Both the position numbers and the translations under genes were made by a program. A DNA stretch of 64,000 bases from Squalus acanthias (taxonomy: Eukaryota), in the NCBI GenBank assembly GCA_030390025.1, contig CM059436.1, forward strand, positions 57,226,001 to 57,290,000, read 5' to 3'. Of the stretch, positions 11,477 to 23,135 are shown in pieces. Below the pieces are notes generated by a model. It was not told the origin of the DNA. It worked only from the letters and a program-made list of their open reading frames with translations, and made no database searches. The first letter of the stretch is position 1. Every line of letters begins with the position of its first letter.

Positions 11477-12534
11477 TTTCAAATAAAGCTGTTGGACTAT
11501 AACCTGGTGTTGTGCGACTTCTCACTTTTGTCCACCCCAGTCCAATACCGGCATCTCCACATCATGGCTACTATTGAAGAGCAGATAGGTCTGTCACTGC
11601 CCTGAGCATATTTATCCCTCAACCAACACCACCAAAGGCAGAGTAGCTGGTCATTTAGTCAATTTGCTGTGGAATATTGCCGCCTGCAGGTTGGCTGCTG
11701 TGGTGGCCTTTATAATAGTGACCCTCACATTTCAAAATGTAATTTGCTTGTTGTGAAATCAAGGCGTTATGCCGAGAGTCTCTTGCAGAGCCATTGGATC
11801 CGCGAAGGAGGTAGTTTCAATGGGACAGCTACAGACCTAACAAAACGTGGACGTTCCCGGTCACTGGAGCATGATTGGTTGGTTGATTTACACTGGGAGA
11901 GGCGTCAATTGTGTGAGACCCAGTCATTGAAAGTCACAACACCACAGTAACATAAAAGCATGTAAAGTGCACTCTACTCAGGAAGCAAGGCAATACAAAT
12001 AAGACGACAAATGAACTGGATCATGAGGAACCAGAACAGGAGAAATATGCGGGCAGTTAAAAAGAGCTTTGGGGCAGCGAGATCTCTGGATATTCCAATT
12101 CATCACACGCTCTATGGCTTTCATTTACAGTCTAAATTATGGTGGCAAGAGTTATCCCTGCCATCTCATGAAGGGAAGGAAGCAGTGCTGTATTTAACAG
12201 GATTACAAGGAGTGGGGTATAGAAAAAGTGATATCAGCTGAAATTTGAAGTTATTTGGAGTAAAACTCCAAAATTAAGTGATGTTATATAACAAATAACC
12301 AAACTTTTTTTTTAAATGTTGCTTTAAATCCAGTTATCATAATTTCTCAAAATAACCTTAACATCACCTTCCTTTGTTGATGAAAAACACCAATTATACA
12401 GCAGCCCTCAGCTTAACATCCCTCACCGCCTGGCATAACACTGTCCACCAACACCTCCTGTTGATTCACACACCCACTCCTCAATGTAGTCACCCATCCT
12501 GACGAGCTTTCAATTCCTTGTTGACACATGACTT

Positions 12535-12890
12535 TGCAACTGAAGTCTTGAGCACAAAATCTATGCTGATATCAGTACTGAGGGAATGCTGCAGACGAGA
12601 CGTTAAACTGAGGCCCCATCGGCCTGCTCAGAAGGAAGTAAAAGACCCCATGGTACTATTCGAAGGAGGGTAGGAGAACTGTCCCAGTATCCTGGCCAAC
12701 ATTTACCTTCAACCAACATCCCGAAAACCAATTAAACATTGCTGTTTGCAAGACCTTGCTCTGTGCAAATTGTCTGCAACATGTGCCGACATAACAGTGA
12801 CTACACTTTGAAAGTAAATCATTGGCTGGAAGCACTTTGGGACGTGCCGAGGATGTGAAAGGCACTATATAAATGCAAGTTTCTTTTCTC
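12535..12890 (+). mobile_element. Deu-SINE, 5'-truncated
   Basis: CAGTACTGAGGGAATGCTGCA...GAGACGTTAAACTGAGGCCCC...GTCCTGGCCAACATTTA-like segment...AAAGGCACTATATAAATGCAAGTTTCTTT. Confidence 0.85.
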
Positions 12891-13221
12891 AGCCATTGCG
12901 TGGACCTACCTCTAAATTGCAGGAAATCTCGATAACTTTCTGCAAAGTAGTGCCTTACCCACCCTCAAATCGGACGGGCAACCATATAAAAGGAGGAGGA
13001 AAGCATCAGGGCAATTCCAAGATCTGTGGGGGGTGGGAAACAGGAGCTCATAACTCCAGACAAAAAATATTTGGGGCGAGGCACAACTCCATTATCACCT
13101 TTACGTTTCAAATAAAATGCTGACTGCACCCACAACTCACCCGGGGAAGCTCCTTCGGCACCATAAAGCTGCTAGTCCAAACACGATTTGGTTTAAAATC
13201 TTACAGGAATATTATAAATAA

Positions 13222-13645
13222 CACGGTGGCATAGTGGTTAGCACTGGTGTCTCACAGAGCCAGGGACCCGGGTTCGAATCTGACCTCGGGTGACTGTCTG
13301 TGTGGAGTTTGCACATTCTCCCCGTGTCTGCGTGGGTTTCCTCCGGGTGCTCCGGTTTCCTCCCACAGTCCAAATATGTGCGGGTTAGGTTGATTTGGCT
13401 ATGATAAATTGACCCTTAGTGTTAGGGGGATTAAATATGTGGGGTTATGGGGATAGGATGGGATATGTTAGGGGGAATTAAATACGTGGGGTTACGGGGG
13501 TAGGGTGGGATATGTGTACTGTGGGGATTAAAGCAGGGACAGGGTACTGGATTTGGATGATCAGCCATGATCGTATTGAATGGTGGAGCAGGCTCGACGG
13601 GCCGAATGGCCTACTCCTGCTCCTAGATTCTATGTTTCTATGTTT
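13222..13645 (+). mobile_element. V-SINE (shark HE1-type) with CR1-derived tail
   Basis: Pol III A box TGGCATAGTGG (13227) and B box GGTTCGAATC (13271). V domain GTGTGGAGTTTGCACATTCTCCCCGTGTCTGCGTGGGTTTCCTCCGGGTGCTCCGGTTTCCTCCCACA. Internal tandem duplication at about 13420-13520. Tail GGGCCGAATGGCCTACTCCTGCTCCT...(TTCTATGT)n. Flanking direct repeat TAACACG. Confidence 0.92.
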
Positions 13646-13946
13646 TAACACGAACGGGCTGGTTGGTACAACAGTAACAAATTGAGGAGCTCAGACCTCA
13701 ACAGCAAATGCAATGCTAGGGCTGGAATCTAAACATATAGTGATCCAAAACAACTACTAAAAATTACAATTGAGGTAGTGAGGAATAAGCTTAAAATTCA
13801 ACGGTTGTGACTCTTTTTCCTCTACGAAACACAGTATTTCGCCGAGATCTCAGTGAAAATTTAAATGAACAGTGCAAGCTTTAACAGCCTTTTATCTGAT
13901 GAGCCCATGTTTTCCTTCTATAAATTATAAACATTCCTTTGATCAC

Positions 13947-14095
13947 AAATAAAAGCAGAAAATGCTGGAAATATATAACAGGGCTTTCAGCAAATGTAAA
14001 GAAGAAACATTTTAAAATTTCAGGTATAAACCCTGAACTCTACTGGCAAATGGGTCACCACCCAAAACATCTCCAGTATTTGCAGTTTATTTGTA
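13947..14095. mobile_element. Degraded copy of second PLE-like terminal-repeat family
   Basis: AATAAAAGCAGAAAATGCTGGAAATA...TTTCAGGT...CCAGTATTTGCAGTTTATTT: inverted ends, with similarity to the 33220-33330 element. Confidence 0.5.
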
Positions 14096-15699
14096 TTGCT
14101 GATCACGATGAACGTATACTGTTGAGCCAATATTTTGACTGGTCCCTCTCTGTAGGGGAAGTTTTGCGAGACTTCACACCAGGACAAGAGCCTCACAAAA
14201 TGTATCCTAATATTTAAAAGGGAGATGTTATCATCTTCACAGAAAGCCAGCAAAAGTTTTGACCTTAATAGAAAATACACTCAAAACGGATAACCGGGTG
14301 ATTAGGGCTGTTTAAAATAATACTTTCATTCTCTGTTTGGCACAAGAGTCCTAGCGAACAATGGTAAATAGGCAGTAGTTACCAATTGCTTTTGCAAGAG
14401 TAAGTGGGGCTTGTAGTCCTTCCCAGTCACTTGTTAGAGGACACATGAGCTGTCTGCCTCCAAGTAGTTTTAAAATGCATCAAAATACTTTCAAACTAAG
14501 CAGTGAAGTCTCAATGGTTTCCCATCATCTGCATGCAACAGGAAAGCTGCAGATTCCAAACAAATGTTGCTATTATGACTTTGTTCCTTATCTTTTAACC
14601 ACATTCACCATTTCAAAGCCAAAGGGGGGGGGGGGTGGGTGGGTGCAGCCAAGAGAGATCTTTTGAATATTTTATTTTTGGTAAACTACATTATGTAATA
14701 CTGCATTTCTATAATTTACAGCTTGACATATGCACCTGTCAAGGAAGTTTAAAGTTGTGAATTATTTAGATTTTCAATGATTTGTTTAGATTAATGCTAT
14801 TTCTCAGGGAAAAAAAGTACATTTCTGAGAGGAGAAAGGTCACCGTTTCCATTCATACAGAAATTCATGGAAAATCTCAGGTTTTAAGGAGAAAAATACG
14901 ATATACTCAGGTCAAACAGCAGCAGGAAAGTTTACCGAGTTATCTAAATAATTCTGGTCAGCACTCAACTTCTTCACGCCCAATCACAGCTGAGAATGAG
15001 CAAGTCCTACCGAGAGTAGAACATAGTCAGAGCAAGACCAGAACCATAGACACATACAGCACGGACTGAACCAAAGAAACATATAGCTTGGATAGAACCT
15101 AGGTTGCATCCTGAAAATATACACGGTGGACAAACCTGGAAAGCACGAAGGAAATGTACAACATGGACAGATCCTGACAGCATTGGCAAAATGCACATTG
15201 TAGAAAAAAGTGGACTCTTTGTATCCTCATAAATTAATGGGCCAGCAAAGAGGAAGGAGAGAGTCGTAAGTTGCATTTAGATTGCACGGAGACCTGTGCC
15301 AGTGATGCTGGCATCTGACGATTGGGTCAAACACAGTCATTTCGAACCTGCAAATAAAGCTGCCGAGATTAGCAGGTGGGCAGATCCAGGATAAACCACC
15401 GGCCTTAGCCAAGCCTACCAAGTTTGCTTTTGGATTGCTGCAGGTTGCACAAGACCTGCTCACTGGACGCTGGTGCCATTAACATGGGTCTTGCATAATA
15501 TAAATGCAGCGTCAGTCACCATGGGAAACCAAAAAGTTCAGAATTTGAGAGGAGGAGCTGCAGGGTGTGTTTTATAGAATTGTGAACAGGTTTAGCATCT
15601 GTGATAAATAGCATAGAGGAGATCTTTCACCAATATTCTTTGGAAATAATTTCTCATTTACTTGAAACATTCATGAGGATATTTGTTTTTAAAATCAAG

Positions 15700-16135
15700 A
15701 GGCAAGAAAATATTAGGCCCATCAAGCCCATTCCTTCTAAAGGTCACATACAATCTACCACACCTTGGACTCTCCCCACTCATTTAATCTCCCGAGGGAA
15801 AGTTCTGCATCAATGGAATCGGATACCAAAAACTCTAACCAATCCCTCCCCACATCCCCAGCAATCAACCTTATCCAGCTGATAACACCTCCATCCCCAC
15901 GGGAGCCATGGAGTATTTAATCATCTCCAACTATAATTATCCCTAGAATCTTTAGTGCTATTCTCAACCAGTTATTTATCCAGCTCCTCTTATGAATGAA
16001 TTCACTGACTTTGCTTGGAGTCTATTCTAAAGATCCACTGCTCTGTGGAGAACAAATTCTGCTAAATCTGGTCTCGATTGAACCTTACTCATTTTGAACC
16101 TGTGTCCTCTCATTCTGTGTTCACAGTCCAGGTTA
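15700..16135 (-). mobile_element. Old CR1 LINE 3' fragment
   Basis: AGGCCCATCAAGCCC tail region, and TTTATCCAGCTC...ATTCTAAAGATCCACTGCTCTG...TTTGAACCTGTGTCCTCT, the reverse complement of a CR1 ORF2 C-terminus. Confidence 0.55.
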
Positions 16136-17568
16136 ACTTGGTATAAAAGGGAAAGGTACTTCCACTGTAGTCGCTTAATGAAACAATAACATTTTGGACT
16201 GTTAGATCTTGCAAATCTTTATAATACATTTGTCTCTTCACCATTCATCCCTCCACACACTCCAAGCGGGCGAAGAACTCAAAGAGGATACAGTTCATTC
16301 ATCCACATGAATATGATCAGCAGCTTTCATTCATTGCTATAATCCATCTGTGTTTCCTTATTCTGTAAATTTGCCATTCACAAAAAAAATCAGATGCAAT
16401 TTAATTAAAATGGATCGCCAGACTCTGATCAAAAATTGCCGAATCCCAAGTAACTTTTCAATAATCAAATATGCTTCAAAAGATGCTATTTGAGTTACAT
16501 TTTTTCCATCTTTTCTTTCACCCTCCTAATCACTGAAACTTTAGTCCCTTAACTTGCTTGGATTCATTCAGCCTAACTGTCCAGCTAATGCCCAGTGAGT
16601 CATTATTCCTTGCTGTAATATCACAGCTGCCCCTGTGTACCAGCAAAACAGCTTTCTCATTGTCCGATGCTCGACGCTTTGTTTGTGGTCAGTCGCTCAG
16701 CACACAACAAAAGCTTGTTTGACCAACAGTGGTTCCAAAACAAAACCATGTTGGAGGAAGTGTTGTTAAGGGCCTGAATTGATGTTCAGACAACTTCACA
16801 CAGCTTCACATCCAAACAGCATTCTCCTCATAAACATATACATTAACAAGCGCACAAAAGCATTCGTTATCCCTGTTAAATGAAAATGAGCAACTGAAAA
16901 GGCTACAATTAACAGTGACAACAATGCTCAAGGAGGTTCCCTTGGCTTTGCAATGCTTTAAGTCTAACAACTTCCAGATTTTCCAGCACCTCCCTTTAGT
17001 TAAAGGGGTTGTGTCCACAGATACAAGCCAACAAGTCAGAAAACACTACTGTTCTGAACATAATTTGGCCAACAGGATCACATGGCCTTGTATCTTCCCG
17101 TCATTTCACCCTGGCCTAATTTTCTTCCCTTTTCTCCTGACGACAGTGATGTTCTGGGGTACAGTTCCACAGGCACTGCAGCCCCTCCAATAATTCACCA
17201 GTACATGAGCACAGACAGTGATGTTAGCAGACTCACAACAGCCAAACCCAACCTTGTCCTCACTCAGAGTCCGCACGCTTTGCAGTAGAGGTCCATAGCT
17301 GATTCAGTTCCCCCACCCCCATGGCTGAGACAAGTGACTTTTCCAGTCTCTACGGCTCACACAGTGGAATTACTCAATGTGCCGTCTGGTACAGTACAGT
17401 ACCTTAGACAAGGACGCTGTTCAGTAAAATAATCATTTATGGTTTTGCTGTCCATCAGCTGATGGAATCTTTCCAATCAGCAACAGACGGTACTAAGAAC
17501 TGCTAAATTGCTGTAATGGCTCCTAATTAGACCTTGATTTGGAGCACAGTAAAAATCCCATTTACAGA

Positions 17569-17840
17569 TTATAGAATCATACAGCACAGAAGGAGGTCAT
17601 TCAGCCCATCGTGCCTGTGCCGGCTCTTTGAAAGAGCTATCCAATTAGTCCCACTCCCCTGCTTTTTCCCCCCATAGTCTTGAAAATATTTCCTTTTCAA
17701 TTACATATCCAATTCCCTTTTAAAAGTTACTATTGAAGCTGCTTCTACTACCCTTTTGAGGCAGTGCATTCCAGATCATAACTCGTCGCATAAAAAAAAT
17801 TCCCCCTCATCTCCCCTCTGGCTCTTTTGCCAATTAAGTT
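17569..17840 (-). mobile_element. CR1 LINE 3' end
   Basis: Reverse complement closely matches 62671-62950 (ATCTGGAATGCACTGCC, AAAAGGGAATTGGATA, ATGATTCTAT tail). Confidence 0.88.
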
Positions 17841-18357
17841 AAATTATATATAGACAACATTCCTGAGGTTAACATGCTCCTATTGAGGCCCACTTTATTT
17901 GTCAATACAGCTATCACCATTCCCATTACACAAGGGAGGCTTCGTTCACATGAATTCCACTGCATAAGAGTGGAAGTTGTATAGATTCCAGGCTCTGTTT
18001 ACCTTGTGCTGTGACAAAGGTGTTCATCTGTCTACTTGACTCCAAAGTTAGAGCACTGCCTATAAAGCTTCACTCCGTCTGTTGACGAACTTCACAAGGC
18101 TGCATGAGCCGGGAGCAGAAGCAACCTCCAGAGCAGCTTTATACTACACACTCAAAGCTGGAGATAGCCAGCTTCACTTAACCCCTAGTTTAAAGCCCTC
18201 AGAATTCTGGTTAGCTGTAGTCTACTGGAAAAAAGAATATAATTGTGTCAGGATTATTATTGAAAACATATGTTCCTATGGTTGTAAGTGAATGCAAATT
18301 CCAGATGTAAAAATAATTTTTACCATTACATAATAAAATAAAATCCAACTAATCAAC

Positions 18358-18680
18358 TGGAGACTTGTCTGCGCAGTGAGTTACAGCAAGCTTTTCACCT
18401 TTGGGACCTAGACTTGAATCTTGCCCAGTCTGATAGGGTTAAAATCTTTTCTCTGATCGCTATTGGACTCCTATGTAAATAAGTTTACACAATCTTGACC
18501 GAGTTCTAAAAAGGGCCCAAGCCCAGAGGATAAAATTGCCCCTAATTTGGTACTCCCACTCTGAAAGACCACAAGGATGGTTGGCATGAAAGATAAAAAA
18601 TTATAATAAGGAGTGCTCTTCTGAGTTTTGGGTTAAGGCAACTTGTTGAGATTTCTTTACTCTGCAAGTGGCCCATGCTA
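18358..18680 (+). mobile_element. LF-SINE-like element, degraded
   Basis: GCTTTTCACCTTTGGGACCTAGACTTGAATCTTGCCCAG...CCTATGTAAATAAGTT...CTAATTTGGTACT...GGGTTAAGGCA...GCCCATGCT, collinear with recalled LF-SINE landmarks. Confidence 0.5.
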
Positions 18681-18682
18681 AG

Positions 18683-18825
18683 GGGGTATGGTAGTGGAAT
18701 GATTATGGTATTGGACTAGCAACCCAGAAGTCATGAGTTCAAATTCCACCATAGCATCAAAAAAACACATGAAAGCTGCTGGCTTGTTGAAAAAAAAACA
18801 ACTTGTTCATTAATGACCTTCACGA
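18683..18825 (+). mobile_element. tRNA-headed (CORE-type) SINE fragment
   Basis: GGTAGTGGAATGATTATGGTATTGGACTAGCAACCCAGAAGTCATGAGTTCAAATTCCACCATAGCA has an A/B-box layout. Confidence 0.55.
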
Positions 18826-20498
18826 CCAAGCAATTGGCTGGCAAGCATGTACTGGGAAGGCTGTGAGCAGCAGAGAAACTGTATGTAGAGGCTGTCCAGG
18901 TGCAGGAAGAGTCAGGCCCACCACTGAGGGGGTCACAGACTCACCTGAGAGCGAGAGTGAATAGCTAGGCAGGGGCCAAAAGCAGAGCCATTCAGGATGG
19001 AGACCAATTTAAAAATGAGATTTATTCATTTTAGTGAACGGTGTATTAATTTCTAAATCTTTTTCTTGTCTTGTCGTATACATTGTGCCCGTCCTGCAGG
19101 TATACTTTAATCTGTCATCCCGTTTGTCCCACCTCTTTCACTGACGTCACAATGGAAGAATCAGATGCCCCCACTCCCATCGAGATTTTGCATCACAGGC
19201 ACACAGGGGCAGAGGTCCATCAGAGCAAGGCTCCACTCCAGAGTCCCCCCACCAAGACTGCATGATGCTTGTGCAACAAGTTTGTTTTGAGGCTTCTGCC
19301 TTCTACTCCTATTTTTGTTAGTTACCAATCATATTAAACCTTTCTCCCCAATCACATTACAGCAAAAAAAAGTCTGATACACAACCGCTGTGACAGTTCT
19401 CCATCCACCCCACTAAAGATACATGTCTAACAATAAATAAACTAGAAATCACCTAGTCAGAAAAATACTTCCAATTGCTCAGCAGCTCCAGTCACTCCAC
19501 ATACATGGCCCTGCCGAGACTCCTGAACGGCTCCAAATTCTCCATTCTGTATCTTATGGTCCTGCCTGATTAGCTGAGGCTCAAATGGTCCAAGCCAAAC
19601 AATCCCACAAGCCACCACTGTCCAACCTCCATCACAACACGTGTGCAATTGTACTACGACATAACCAAGCAACCAGACTACAACCCCCAAAAGACATTGC
19701 ATGGCCCCAGACCCTAGATTTCCCCATCCCTCCCTTCACCTCCTGGCCTTAATCACTACTTGGCTGCCTGCTGCTCTCAAGTTCACTCTCTTGATTTATA
19801 GGCCCAAGTTAATCACTCACATTCTCCATATAAGCCCAGCTCCTGCCACTCTTATTCCCAATATAAGCCCCCTCCTGCTGTTCTCCCTCCAGATGTTCTT
19901 CTGTTTTGCGCTCCAGGCTCCACTCTAGCCCCAGAGTTCACTGGTTGCTTCTTTCACTCTCTCCTGGCCCCTCACACACATTACTTCACTGCTCACTCCA
20001 TTTGTATAAAATTTAATAAAAAGAAAATCAGATTTAATTACAACTTATTTTGCTACGGGGTAGGTGCATAACTTAAAAACCACACAGAAATTGTTAAATA
20101 CATTCGCACAAATAATCATTTTAAAGCAAGGGTATAAATCACAAAAGGATCATTACAAAAGTAAACTAAGGATTTCAAGCCAAATATTTGGGAGAAATAT
20201 TAAAATAAATTGATATGGAAAACCAAATAAACACAAGTGATTAGCGGCTAGCCCAATAAATTATTTAATATTTTGATTACTATCTTAAAATTATGTTTAA
20301 TATTTTTCTGTGAGCAATGCCACATGAGATCAACTAAGAGTAATGAACTCCAGGTGTAAGTATTGTTATAATTTACCCATTTAGCTTGTGACCAGGACAC
20401 ACAGAGCTCTGACAGCAGTCATTTTGGTGCAATAAAATTGGTAACATTTTATGATTAAACCAATCACATTATACCAAAAAAAAAAAAATTGTATTTAC

Positions 20499-20872
20499 CT
20501 TTCGGATTGTTTCAGTCGCAAAGACAACCAGTCAGACATGACATTAGAGACTGGCCACGAACCGTAGCAAGACTGAACTAACCAGAAAGATCAACGGTCT
20601 GCATCAAACCAATCAGAAAGATCCTGCACAAGCACTTCGGATAGGTCAGACAGACAGAAACATTCTCTACACCAAATGGCAACTAGCCTCAGATTTTACT
20701 TAGCGATGGCTTTTCCACTGGAACTGGGGCAAGACATTTCTACCTTAGAAGGGTGGAAAATAGCAGCTGCAGGCCTCGGGCATCTGTACCGGTGGAGCGG
20801 AGCGGAGCAGAGCAGAGCCAGCTGCTTGCGGGGCAGTGCATGGAGAGGAGCCTTTCTAAGCTGAAATTTATA
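20499..20872 (-). promoter_or_regulatory. Candidate TATA promoter plus first exon of a minus-strand host gene
   Basis: TATAAAT at 20872-20866 (minus), a pyrimidine-CA start region at about 20841, a GC-rich leader, ATG at 20539 opening MSDWLSLRLKQSE, and donor GAAAG|GTAAAT after 20499. Confidence 0.4.
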
Positions 20873-22073
20873 TTGCATAGGCAAAAGGAGTGAATTGATC
20901 ACCCTGCAATCAATTCCAACCCCCAGGGGTGGGGGGGAAATTTAATTTTTTTTTTTTTTAAAAGCACTTTAGAAATGCTGGTAGCCAGTAACATGTTGAC
21001 AACACTAGTGTCCACCATTGCTATGGCAGGAAAATGTGACCTATGGCGTTATATTTGGGCGAACATCTTCAAGGTCTGCCATCACTTCCAGTGGAAAACC
21101 CTGGAAGGGGCCATGATCAAGGAACAGCTGATGGAGCAACTCCCTAGCCAATGTCCTGCTCAACGACACCTGAAATCAGGCAGCAACAGCGAGAAAAATC
21201 CAGGCCCTGTAGTCCCGCAGTCCCAATGAGAGTTAAAGAGGGAAATCTGCAGCAGCACCCAGCAGAAATACTTCACACATACTGGGAATTCTGTAACATT
21301 TCCCTCCGCCTACAGGAAGGGAGTGTGGTCGGAAATGCAAGGCCTACCTGAGGGTTTTTTTGTTAATAACTAACTGTTTAGGAAATAACATTTTGAATTG
21401 TAAAGGGGCAAATCACATGCACAGTCAGGTAGAGAAAGAGAAAGCCCATTCACAGAGATCAATACAACATAGATGGAGAAAGTAAGAGAGGATCTCTTCA
21501 GCTACTGTAAATGCTCTGTAGTGAATTATACCCAGCAATAGCCCTCTCAAGTCACACAAGAGCTTGGCTATAAAATTAAAGGACATAAATGTCCTACATG
21601 GAGCTGTTTGTATTTCTGCTGTTTATGAGTGCCTGAGCATTTTTAATCAATTACCTGTTATGATACATTAATCATCCACTTACTTTTACTGTACTTGGAA
21701 CAATTTAGTGATTAATATGCATTAGCCACGGTGGTTGATATAACTGGGATTTAATTAACCCAACAGATTGCGAACACCGATCAACTATTTGAGAATGTAT
21801 TAAACATATAGAACGGAATTGGTTGCAATTACTGCTTCAGTTCAGAGCAGCGTTGTTAAATCAACGGCTGAAAGACAAAGAAAATATGTGCAACAGGGAG
21901 AGGGCCCAGAATCAGTAGTCAGAAAAGAGCATTCTAATTGAGTGAGAACTGAGCTCAAACCTGGAATAGACCCAGGTGCTCTCAGCCATTTCACCACTTT
22001 TAATATTTTACCAAATAACATTCACTTTAATAGTCTGATGGATAAATCAAATTCACCAGTCCTTATTACATAA

Positions 22074-22305
22074 AACATAGAATCTTACAGCCAGAAGGAG
22101 GCCATTCGGCCCAATCACGCCTTTGCCGATTCTTTTAAAGAGCTGTCTAGTCCGTCTCCCCTGCTCTTTCCCCATAGCCTTGCAAATTTCTCTTTCTTTT
22201 TCAGGTATATATCCAATTCCCTTTTGAAAGTTACTTTTGAATCTGGTTCCCCCATCCTTTCAGGCAGTGCATTCCAGATCAGAACAACTATTCTCCTCAT
22301 CATTT
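22074..22305 (-). mobile_element. CR1 LINE 3' end
   Basis: ORF 22115-22303 IWNALPERMGEPDSKVTFKRELDIYLK matches the CR1 ORF2 C-terminus. Tail GATTCTATGTT. Confidence 0.9.
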
Positions 22306-22754
22306 AAGTTCTTAGCTGAGGTAGGATTTTTTTTTTTAAGAAAGTGTTAGGCGCGACAAAAGGCCATTAATTAAAAGAGTCAGATTTACACAAATACAAA
22401 CAGATATGAAAAAGACCTGGTCTAAGTGTCTTGGGTTATGGGTCAGGTACCATATCCTAGTCTCAGAAGGACCTAGAGCAAACACAATACCTAAACTTTA
22501 AACTCACTTTAAAACTGTAGAACTGGAAGCACTGTAGCCATCAAAACCCTACAAACCCCTGCAACCCTCACTTTGAATGCGGACTTTAGTTTTTTACATA
22601 TATGTCACTGCATCGTGATTCTGTCCCCTGCTCAGAGTCAGCATTGTGGGGTTAAAACTATATTTGAAATCCACTTGCCTCTGCAGCTCATGATTTTGAA
22701 CATTACTTACATTTCTTATTTTAAACTGGAAAATAGCAGCTCCCCTCCAATGCA

Positions 22755-23135
22755 TTAGTGTACAAATACACTGCTGATGTACCACTGAGCCACACAGAGC
22801 AGGTTTGTCTCCCAGACTCTGATGAATTTGCTAATCTCAGCCAGGGCAGCAGCTGGGTTATTACACTGGTCTCAGTATCCCTGCACTAGGGATGGGAAAA
22901 AAAAAAATCACATTGGATTCCTGCCCCTGATCACTATTCAGTGCCCACTGCCGAGAGCATGTGTACGTGTTGGGTGAGGACAGCATTGGGCTTGACTGTG
23001 ATGCCCTAATAGCCTGCTGACACACACGGTCTAAGGTCACACATAAACATATCCACTTGGTTGGAATGGCAAAGTGCTGCAAGCACCCTTGAAGCCATTC
23101 ACCAGCATGAATCATCGCCTTCAGGAGAAAAGAGA
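22755..23135 (+). mobile_element. SINE family 'C' copy
   Basis: CTCAGCCAGGGCAGCAG...CTAGGGATGGGAAAA...GGGTGAGGACAGCATTGGGCTTGACTGTGATGCCC...GCCTTCAGGAGA, shared with 24405, 43530 and 47280. Confidence 0.7.

Larger units (their letters stand above)
11164..11569 (+). mobile_element. Penelope-like element (PLE) terminal-repeat insertion with inverted 5' duplication
   Basis: 14-bp TSD ACTATTGAAGAGCA at 11152-11165 and 11570-11583. Arms 11164-11307 and 11387-11530 are inverted copies (first 125 bp perfect, 3 mismatches in the last 19). A 39-bp unpaired 3' tail follows at 11531-11569. Confidence 0.85.
10330..11772 (+). mobile_element. Old Deu-SINE split into three pieces by a MITE-like element and a Penelope-like insertion
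   Basis: Head 10330-10505 (TGGCTCAATT...CTGAGTCAGAA...GTCTTTCAAATGA), middle 11137-11165 (AAAAGATCCC...CACTATTGAAGAGC) and tail 11584-11772 (ATTTATCCCTCAACCAACA...) join collinearly with the 29255 copy. Confidence 0.8.

Noticed and set aside
11164-11530. Cut-and-paste DNA transposon (MITE) with long TIRs
   Set aside because: The TSD is 12-14 bp and variable between copies, it lies outside an asymmetric 3' tail rather than abutting both arms, and arm length varies. This fits retrotransposition better.
13222-13290. tRNA gene (also 29255-29320)
   Set aside because: The A/B boxes are SINE heads that continue into V or Deu domains, with no complete cloverleaf or terminator.
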